Below are positions 26,451 to 35,813 of a DNA stretch of 64,000 bases, piece after piece. This DNA comes from Octopus sinensis (lineage: Eukaryota), in contig NC_042998.1 in NCBI RefSeq assembly GCF_006345805.1, positions 125,178,001 through 125,242,000 on the forward strand, in the 5' to 3' direction. Made by a program: the position numbers and the translations under genes. Positions within the stretch are counted from its first letter, which is position 1; each line of letters begins with the position of its first letter. The notes beneath the pieces are model-generated. The model was not told the DNA's origin, made no database searches, and saw only the letters and a program-made list of their open reading frames with translations.

Positions 26451-27906
26451 TCATTGGTTTTCGGTCTTCTCTTTTGCTCTGGCTCCTGGAGTGTTTTGAC
26501 ATACAGGCCCTCATAACCTTAGAGGGCCTATGTCTGTGGGGAAGAATTCTTTTAATATGCGAATGTTCATTGCGTCTATTTCATATATTGAAATTCCTTC
26601 TGGAAGTTTCTGGTAGTGTTCCATATATATTTTTTTTTGCTGTTGGAATGTTTTTTAATCTTGTCTTTAAATGTTCGTTTTTATCGTTTATCGCCACTAG
26701 AAATAGAGTATATAGCAAGCTTTGGGGATTGTTTTCGGGACTGGAGGGAAGTGATGATTTTCCTGGGCTGGAAGGAGGCGATGTATGGAGATGGGATATC
26801 AGGGCTGGAAGAGACGGGGGTTGACGATGTGAAAAATCAGTGTTGGTGGGGAGGGAGTATCAGAGCTGGGAGGAGGGGATATTGATATTTTTTCAGGTGA
26901 GTAGTGGTTGGGCGGGGTAGATTATGTCTCGTGTGTATTTGCACTGGGTTTTTCTCTTGTTTTTGGTGGGTGGTGGAGGAGTGGGATTGGAGTTTTTCGT
27001 TTTTGTAATTTTCTTTCTTTTAACGGTTGACCAACCATCTTCGTTCCCAGCTGTTTGTATATTTTTTTTTTGCTGGGAGCTTGTTGGTCGACCTCCTGCG
27101 TCTTTCTTTTTTCCACTGTCTCTTCCTTATGAGCAGGGCAGTTTGCACGAATGTGGTCCTTTTCGCCACACTCGTTGCACCTGGGCCTTCTTCCCTCTAC
27201 CCGCAAGGTAGTTTCCTCTCCCAGGTGAACGTTTTCTGCAATCTCTTCCAACGTATGTGGCTCTGCTTGAATTATGAGCTCGAGTTTTGCTGGTGGACTT
27301 TCGAAGCTTCTAAGATTGTTATTTTCTCCTCTAACCCCATTAAAAGGGCTGAGATTAACCAGGTAACATTGACTTCTGGTGGTATTTCGTCTATTGTTAA
27401 TCTTGACGTACGTCTTCCTGGGTAGATTGGCAACGGTATATCTGTGGTTTTTAAGGGGTTCACTGAATGTTTTTGTGCCTTCTCTTTACGTTTGAAGTAT
27501 ACCACTATGGTTGCGAATTTTCTTCCTCTGATTACGAACTCAATGTCTTGCCATATGGTTTGGAGACATTTCTCGACGTCCTCATTGTTTGCCTTGTTAA
27601 GTTTTTTCTCTTTTATAATTAGACTTTTAAACACTAATTTTTTTCTCTGTATTTTCTTTTATTTCCTTCGGGAAAGTGGCTTTTGTTATGACCCTCCCTA
27701 GTGAACATGTTCTGGTGTTGCATGAGCATATTGGTATCAATTTTTAGGTTTTCTTTTTGAACTCTAGCCGCAGCTGCGAAATTCACTTTCTTCTTTTCAA
27801 ACAATTGTTCTGCCGTTGGCATACTTGCATTTTCGGTTTCTTTTTCACAACAATTTTTTTTCCCGTTAGAGGAAGCTTTTTCCACCTCTTTAGAGGAAGT
27901 ATTCAT
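26451..27906 (-). pseudogene. Tx1-like LINE ORF1 (frameshifted)
   Basis: ORF pieces 27634-27906, 27272-27634, 26922-27251; NFAAAA motif, IYPGRR motif, knuckle CNECGEKDHIRANC. Confidence 0.85.
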
Positions 27907-28120
27907 AGTTTTTCTTTTTTTTTTAACCAGACAAAAAGATAATTCCCAACCCCCTCACAGATGGGAATAACAGTTCTGCCAAACGCAGAACGCAATTATT
28001 TCAACAACAGCACAATAACAAACCAAAATTTGAATACCTGCAACAATTTCGACAACAATTCAATAACACTAGCAACAATTTGAACAGTAACAATCAATCA
28101 AACAAATATTTAACACTATG

Positions 28121-29741
28121 TATTTCTTTATTACCCATAATAAGGCTATACAGAAAAGGTGTGTTCGACAAGTACAAAACATAGAGACAATACAAAACGA
28201 GACATAACATAAACTTGGGGAACTAAAAATTAATAAAAAGATGACACAAGTAGAAAAAATAAAAGAAACGAATGATAGTATGAAAAGAATGAAAATGAGG
28301 CGTAATGCCCACTCGACCTCCCGTAGTCGAGTGGTTACATTATTTTATCACAGTTTTTTTCTCTTATTCAAAGTTCACATTATTTTCCTTTTTTTCCCCA
28401 AAAAGTCCACAATATTGTATATTTTGCAATTTTCCTCATTCATGTCTTCATATTCCACCACAGACAGCGTGGCGTCACATAACCAAATTGATTTTATTCC
28501 TTTTATCGCTTCTCCAGATGTATCAGTAACTCACGTCTACCTGTCTTCATGTATCATAATCCATATGTCATCCGTTTCATAGTCTTCTCTGGGCACTTTC
28601 ACCCTCACCACTCTTTTCCATTTTGCAATAGTTTTTTTTTCTATACTCTTTTTTATAAACAACTAGTATTCCCTTATATTTGCATTCTTCTTCATTTTAT
28701 GCTACTTCCACCACTCGCACACTTTTAGATATAAATTCCTCCTCACCTTTCTGTCTCCTTCTTAGTTTCCATAGACATTTTTCTTGCTCTTGCCTTCTTC
28801 CTTCTGGGACTGATAAACTCATCACTCCCCTCTTTCACTTCGTTCCTTTCCTTTAGGATGCTGACTCGCTCACCATCACTTATCTTTTCTTTCTCTTTCT
28901 CTTATAGCGTAAATTCCGCCAAGGGGCACTGAGCCTTCATATGGCCCTGTGCCCTACAAATGTAGCAATTGGGCCGTCTTTCTTCCACTACTACACCTAG
29001 CCTTCCTTCTTCAATCTCAGCCTTGTAGGGGATTCGCGCAATGTCTTCGAATGTGCCAAAAAGCCACATTTCGACCCCGAATCCCCACCAGTTTCTCTTG
29101 TTTGTCACTCCTACTTGACCCAGTTCAGGGCCGTCTTCGGTTGTCGCCAAAACGGCTGCAACTAACGACTCGGCCTTGATTTGTGGTGGCATTCTTGGGA
29201 TTCTCACTCTCACACTTCTTCTTCCCTTGTAAGAGGGCAACAACACAACTTTGTTCGTCTTCAGGATGTTGATGGCATGCGAGGCCGCCTCTTTCTTGGC
29301 GGCAAACCTTACCTCCACCATACCGAACTTTCTATCTCTGCCAATAAACTCTGCTTCTTCTACTATGTCGGCCAAACACTCCTCAATTTCCTCTTCCTCC
29401 AATTTGTCAATTTTATTGGTGGCGACCGCCAGCGTGCAGCACACCACCGTCTTCCCCTCCTTCATTGTCTTTTGCAGAGGAACTAACTTCATGGTGTCTC
29501 CTTCCTTTTTCATCAGTTTCTCACTCTTCCTCACCTCCTCCATATTAACCGTTATTGCTGACACTTCCATTTGCGGTGTCGTCTTTGCCGCAGGGGCCTT
29601 GGCGTAACTCGCCATAACACGGCTACTTTAAGACCACGAAAAATAGCAGCAAACCACACGCGCGATAACAAAGTTCAACAATGAATTCAACAAATTTCAC
29701 GTACTTCACAACAATTCTCAACTCACAAGGCAGTAAAAACG
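28121..29741 (-). mobile_element. ORF1-only (HAL1-like) non-autonomous Tx1-derived retroelement, 1,621 bp
   Basis: Flanked by identical 24-bp repeats atcaaacaaatatttaacactatg (28097-28120, 29742-29765). Contains a 5'UTR, gag-like ORF1, and a pyrimidine-rich 3'UTR ending AATAAAGAAATA. No APE/RT sequence. Confidence 0.8.
28375..29615 (-). pseudogene. ORF1 (RRM-like region, CCHC zinc knuckle, C-terminal domain) of the ORF1-only element; open for 237 aa (28902-29615), disrupted after
   Basis: MASYAKA start; GMVEVRF...SYKGRR motif shared with neighbouring Tx1 ORF1s; knuckle CYICRAQGHMKAQC; downstream frame KWKRVVRVKVPREDY...GKKRKIM* ends at 28375. Confidence 0.8.
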
Positions 29742-31185
29742 ATCAAACAAATATTTAACACTATGACTTACGTCTAACACGACAAAAACCACTCCGTTAC
29801 TAATAACTCAAACCGCCTGTGCATATGACAATCTTCTCTACTTCATCTTACTCTCTAAACACGCATGTGGGATCAGAAAATGCTTTGCTGGTACAGTCCA
29901 CTTTTCATGTGAGAATCAAAATTAAAAATAATATTTCATTCTATTTTATTGTGCGGTGTATTGTAGACGCTATTGTTCATAAGTGCAATACCACCGACTG
30001 GCAGCTCGAATCCCGTCACTGCTTCTGACGCTACGCCCAAAGTTGATACATCAAAAGACCAAATTCATTGTTGCTATATTTTATAAAGGCTGATATCCAT
30101 AAACATTGAATTTTTTTAAAGTGTCACATTATTCATGGTGTCCAATACCGAGATTAGACCCTATTTCACACACATTGTTAATTAGAAAGAAATTTAAGTT
30201 CTTATCTCTGAAGCTAAATCTAAAATACTACGTAAACAGATTAGATTAAATTGTAGGTGGATATTAATTTCATTTAATTAATTTACTTCTTTGTCATCAA
30301 ACTAACTTTTGCACGATCAGAAGCCCATTTTATCTTTACTCCGAAGCCCATTTTATCTTTAATCCGAACTGTCCTCCTTCCCTCCCACTGCTTCACTCTT
30401 TTCTTTCATTTATATCTGTTTAGTTTAAAAGTACGATTTGTTGTTTTGCTTTCATTTAAAATATTTACACCTCATTGTTTGTATACTATTCACTTGATCA
30501 ATTATATAAGATTTCATTATCTTATACTATAATTTTGAGAAGTAGTATATTTGACAATCAAATATATTTTAAGGATATTTCGCAAAGTACTCGATATGTA
30601 AGCTTGATTTAATCTAAGGACTCTGCAAGAAAGCGAAATCTTCAAGTTTTAACGCTATTACCCATAAATTGCGACGTATTATATTTTTCTTAATAGTTTT
30701 CGTATCAAACTTTCGTTTAAATGCAATAACAGCTTGCACTTGGGGGTTTGCAAACGACAATTTATTTTGCATTGGATTCCTCGCAGGAATTTTGATTTTA
30801 TGGTGTCAGTCATTGAGTGTATGTGCATGAAGTATGTTATTGCTTACTCAGTCTCCGACCGTTTGTCACAGTCTGCATACACCGTGATGCAAATCACACG
30901 TGTAAGGACAACATGTAGATGTTAGATCGCTTCTATCACCAACACGAAAGGAACGAGCCCAAATATACTGACATCGAAAATATGGGAACTTCAGCTACAT
31001 CTCAATATCATTTTTATACATTACTAGGATCATAGAATGGCTAAAATCTATTTTGTTTTTTGCTAAAGGCACCAAGAAATAGGTAACACTCATTCCACTT
31101 CTCTATAGCTCTTCTGCATAATTTTTATTTTGTTTTATGATATACATTTTTCGGTGAGGCGTCCGCCTGCAGATAAAGTAATATT

Positions 31186-31398
31186 GGTTTCAAATTTTGG
31201 CACAAGGCCAGAAGTCTCGTGGAGGGGATTAGTCAATTACATCGACCCCAGTGCTCGACTAGTACTTATTTTATTGACCCCGAAAGGATGAAAAGCAAAG
31301 TCGACCTCGGCAGAATTTGAACTCAAAACGAAGCGACGGACGAAACGCTGCTAAGCCTTGTGCCCGGCGTGCTAATGATTCTGCCAGCTTGTCATCCT
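31186..31398 (-). mobile_element. SINE family A copy with 16-bp TSD
   Basis: cagataaagtaatatt at 31170-31185 and 31399-31414. Confidence 0.85.
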
Positions 31399-31424
31399 CA
31401 GATAAAGTAATATTATAATCATTA

Positions 31425-31620
31425 GATTAGCACGCCGGGCAATATGCTTAACGGTATTTCGTTTGTTTTTATGTTCTGAGCTCAAGTTCTGTCGAGGTTT
31501 ACTTTGCCTTTCATCCTTTCGGGGTCGATAAAATAAGTACTAGTTGAGCACTGGGATCGATGAAATCGACTTTTCTCCTCTCACAAAATTGCTGGTCTTG
31601 TACCGAAATTAGAAATCGAT
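31425..31620 (+). mobile_element. SINE family A copy
   Basis: Family A body; inverted relative to the adjacent copy. Confidence 0.75.
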
Positions 31621-31626
31621 ATTGTT

Positions 31627-31924
31627 CATTCCTTCTCGAGCCACGCCTGGCTCACAGGGCCGGTTTCCCGGTTTCCTTGGCGTATAGGTTCCCCACCTGG
31701 ACGGGACGCCGGTCCGTCGCAGGTGAGCTGCAAGATGCAGGAAGAAAGAGTGGGAGAAAGTCGTGGCGAAAGAGTCAGCAGAAGGTAGCCATTATCTTCT
31801 GACTGAGCTGCGTGGAGCTTAGGTGTTTCGCTCATAAACAAACACATCGCCCGGTCTGAGATTCGAACCCGCGATCCTTCGAACGCGAGTCCGCTGCTTT
31901 AATCACTAGGCCATGTGCCTCCAC
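31627..31924 (-). mobile_element. tRNA-derived SINE family C (tRNA-like head plus conserved-looking body)
   Basis: Head gtggaggcacatggcctagtgatt...ggttcgaatctc has A- and B-box-like motifs; body ...cctgcgacggaccggcgtcccgtccagg...gaaaccggg... Confidence 0.8.
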
Positions 31925-32074
31925 AGAAATCGATATAATTATTATTAAACACAACTACTGCTGTAATTAAATGTCTAACTAGTTAGTGTTGAACAAATGA
32001 AAAATTTTCAAATGCTTCTCTCCCCTGCATAAAGTAAACTAAACTGTTTTTTTCTTTTCTTTTCTTTACTTCAG

Positions 32075-32843
32075 ATTATTGCCAAAGATTTTAAAAAAGC
32101 AAAAGATGGATAAACCAGTTTCTTACGAGGAACTCTGTCGGAACCAGCTTCAAGCAATGTTTAAGAATGACATCAAAAAAAGTGGTAGAAACCTCAATTT
32201 CCAACATAGGCCCAATAATAAACCTATACACAGTCCGGTTCACAGCCAAATTCAGAAAGTATTGTACCTTTTGCAAAACAAACACTTCGAAGAATGTGCT
32301 TCAGAACTCGGACGGATTGACTTATCAACACTGCATGCTATCCTTAATGACATTCCTTTTAAACTACTCTACGAGTCGATTCCTTTGTCTCTTCCAGTTC
32401 TTGATGTGCTCTACACTCGACTATACCAAAGCACTACACCTGGATCTGCCTCATGGCGTCTTCTCTCTCCAGATATGCTTGTGCCAAAGTTGATTCTGTT
32501 TTTTGCTGAAGAATGGTTAGCTTCAGGGAAGGGTGAGAAAAACTGTAACAGTTATTTTCCGGCATGCCGAAATCTTCTGTGGATGGCTTCCACAGTCGAC
32601 ACATCTTTGGCTGATAATCTCCGAACGGCTAAAGTTACTATGGAATCTAATATTGAAAAGCTGGGTAAACACGGTTTGGTTCAATGCTTTGATGGATCCT
32701 TGAATAGTTTGCAGTATTCGTTACATTTTGAGATGAACCACATGATACAACAAATGAAGCAAGCTTTAACCTTACTGAAAGGACCACGAGGCAAAGATTT
32801 AACTGAGGCTATTTCCGAATCTGCACACCAACGTCTTCTGCAA
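32075..32843 (+). CDS. Host gene coding exon (769 nt) of an uncharacterised protein; first in-frame ATG at 32106 (MDKPVSYEEL...AHQRLLQ)
   Basis: Long non-repetitive ORF 32079-32906. Polypyrimidine tract plus TCAG acceptor (AG 32073-32074). Donor CAA|GTAAGA at 32844, phase 0. After the donor the ORF runs into ATT repeats and a SINE. Confidence 0.9.
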
Positions 32844-32880
32844 GTAAGAGATTATTATTATCATTGCTGTGGTTGTTGTA

Positions 32881-33470
32881 AAGCGGCGAGCTGGCAAAAT
32901 CGTTAGCGCGTCGCACAAAATTCTTAGCGACATTTCTTTCGGCCCTTTACTTTCTGGTCGACTCTGCCTTTCATACTTCGGGGCGACTTACCCCCTCCCC
33001 ACAAATTTCAGGACTTGTACCTATAGTAGAAAGGATTATTATTGTTTTTGTTAGGCGTCGTGCTGGCAGAATCGTTATCACACCGGGCAAAATACTTATC
33101 AGCATTTTATCCATCTTTATGTTCTGAGTTCAAATTCTACTGAGGTTGACTTTACCTTTCATCCTTTCGGTGTCAATAAAACATGTACCAGTTGAACACT
33201 AGGGTCGATGTAATCGATTTGCCCCTCCCCTCAAAAACCACTGGCCCTGTGCCAGAATTTGAGACTATTATCATTACTGTAAGGCAGCGAGCTGGCAGAA
33301 TCTTAGCGCATCGAACAAAATTCTTAGCGACGTTCTGAGTTCAAATTCTGCCGAGATCAACTTTGCCTTTCATTCTTTCGAAATCGATGAAATAAATATC
33401 AGTCAAGCATTGGGGTCGATGTAATCGATTTACCTAAATTGCTGACCGTGTGTCAAAATTTGAAACCATT
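32881..33470 (+). mobile_element. Three head-to-tail SINE family A copies
   Basis: Heads at ~32881, ~33052, ~33282, each preceded by ATT-rich tails. Confidence 0.8.
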
Positions 33471-35575
33471 ATTGTTACTGTTGTTATATCGGTACAGATG
33501 ACAATTGGTAAAGTTTCAGACAATATTTTACAGTACGTAGCTCTGTTGAAATTCTGTCGGGTTTATCTTAGCCTTTCGTCTTTCAAGGCATCAAAAAAGC
33601 AATGCCAATCATATATTAGAATCGATTTACTCTGGGTCCTAAATTTGAGACTTTGTGTCAGTTAGAAATTTTCATTGTTACTACTGAAATTGGGGCAAGC
33701 TGGATAGTAAATCGGCCAAAATGTTTTGTAGTATTTATTCACGTACCTTAAGATCAAATCACACTAGGATTTTCTTTGCCTTTCATTCTTCGATCTCCTT
33801 TAAAATAAATACCTTATCAACTTAATTGCCTATTCTCTTCCGCAAAATTTTTAGGGTTTGTGCTGATTAGAAATTATCATTGTTGTTACTTATGAAAATG
33901 GATGTGCAACAGAAAACAAGCCAAGGGTAATGTCGTATTTAACTTAATGTCTTAATGTTCTAAGTTACCGCAACCTAATTTTCTAATTTATATCTCTGCG
34001 ATCGATAAAAAGAAAGTACCAGTGAGTGATACATTATGACAGTCTCAACTATCGTTGTTGCTAATAGTTTGCAGTGGATAGTCACAAATATTTAAGTATC
34101 GGACAACGTATCTAGATTCGTTTCTTCTATGTTATGTTTGAAAATTCTGTCAGGGTTGATGAAATAAACACAAGCAATACGAGTGTGGGCATGAGTGTGT
34201 GTTTAAAACATTCGCTTAGTAACCAACGGTTTCCGTATTTGATGTCACGGCTCGACACATTGGGCAAGTGTCTTTTGTCTTATCCTTGATACTTTGTAAG
34301 TGGAATATGATAGAAAACAATCGTGTAGAAGCCCGCTGTATATATGGGTACATATATTTGCCAGTATACATCAGCGAGAGTTAAATACATCAATGAGAAA
34401 CTGAAAATAGGTGACAATCACTAGCCACTGTCACCGATAGTGAACAACTGATTGGTTTGTTGGAATCCTGTAACTAACGACGCTATTATTCAAAAATTAC
34501 GATATAAAATAAATAGAAATAATATATTGCAGTTAATTCATCTCAGTGTATCTCCTTCCAGCGAATAATCTGCAATGTTGTTAAATATTCGCACTTAAAA
34601 CATCCTTAGATCAAAATAACAATGTGCAAAATATAATGTATGTACAGACATGAAACAACACGGCTGTATTGTTTTGCCTTAGAGAAGTCTCTTTGAGATC
34701 TGTGTGTTAAGAACACAGGTCTTTGACCAGAACACCAGTAGATTGTCAGACACAATGTTTCAACTTGATCCTCATTCACGAATATACTGGACGTTCTGAG
34801 TTAATCCGGAAATAACTGTTCTTATGCAGAAATCGATAAACGAAATATTTACTATTAATGTGAAAGTTAGACAGGCTAGAATCAAATTAACAATGACATT
34901 TGAGATTATATGTTAATATAAGCACTTGAGCCTTAAATGAAAAAAACAGCGTTCATATTTATTCTGTATAAAACCATGGAACTGCACTAGCTATATTTTG
35001 CCCTAGAGAAAGCTCTCAAAAAAGACCTATGTTAAAAACAGGACTCCAAAATTCAGGTGCATAGTCAAAAGTGTTTCATATATGACTATCCCGTCTTTTA
35101 TTCAAACATTTTATAACAAGTACATTATCCAACGTGTGGCTTTTGAGACAGAAAGGTGTGATTCTAGCAGATTGTGCGACCACGTAGAAGCTAATCATTA
35201 TTGAGTATTTATTAGCATCAATCACCATTGGGTAGTGATATAAGTTCCTAGTGAGCCTCCGGAACTTACATTGTTAGGGTTTTTAAAGAAAAGCATGACT
35301 GTCACAGAATATTGAGATACATATGGGTTCTTTTATCTATAGTTTCAGTATCGTGTTTTAAATGAAAGGTATCATGAAAGGTATGAGATGTGGCTTTGTT
35401 TAATTAATTACCTATGATAATAGTATCTAGTCTGAGTGATTTGTTCCTCGACTACTTAATGTCATAAAAATCAAAGACCATACCTATTTCTTTTGAGATA
35501 ATTTGAGATTATATGTTAATATAGGCACTTGAGCCTTAAATGAAAAAACTTTTTGAATCTCAAAAGTACCATACC

Positions 35576-35813
35576 TATTTCTTTACTACCCACAAGGGGC
35601 TAAACAGACAGGGGACAAACAAGGACAGACAAACGGATTAAGTCGATTATATCAACCCAGTGCGTAACTGGTACTTATTTAATTGACCCCGAAAGGATGA
35701 AAGTCAAAGTCGACCTCGGCGGAATTTGAACTCAGAATGTAGCGGCAGACGAAATACGGCTAAGCATTTCGACCGGCATGCTAACGTTTCTGCCCGCTCG
35801 CCGCCTTAAAGAC
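35576..35813 (-). mobile_element. SINE family A copy with 12-bp TSD
   Basis: aagtaccatacc flanks at ~35564-35575 and ~35814-35825. Confidence 0.8.

Larger units (their letters stand above)
22753..29837 (-). mobile_element. 7,085-bp composite L1/Tx1-clade insertion: ORF1-only unit, Tx1 LINE, and 3' half of a second ORF1-only unit
   Basis: Perfect 19-bp direct repeat ctacttcatcttactctct at 22734-22752 and 29838-29856 bounds the unit. Sense 3' end is AATAAAGAAAC directly before the repeat. Confidence 0.85.

Noticed and set aside
17762-29607. Plus-strand ORFs such as 17762-18244, 18906-19406, 23223-23633, 27027-27425, 29251-29607
   Set aside because: Antisense shadows of minus-strand Tx1 ORF1/ORF2 sequence.
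28097-29765. 24-bp direct repeats read as LTRs or CRISPR-like repeats
   Set aside because: Only two copies, far too short for LTRs, no spacer array, eukaryotic context; geometry (directly after an AATAAA 3' end) fits a TPRT target-site duplication.
31560-31847. GC-rich stretch with ORFs and a CAG|GTGAG motif just upstream of exon A, as a candidate upstream exon
   Set aside because: It is the minus-strand body of SINE family C. Exonisation cannot be supported without transcripts.
31850-31924. tRNA-like sequence with A/B boxes
   Set aside because: It continues directly into a SINE body and lacks a clean acceptor stem or anticodon arm; it is a SINE head, not a tRNA gene.
32844-32906. C-terminal 20 aa of the 275-aa ORF (also 57985-58127 of the 181-aa ORF)
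   Set aside because: They lie beyond strong GT donors, in ATT repeats, SINE or intron; read-through artefacts of ORF calling.
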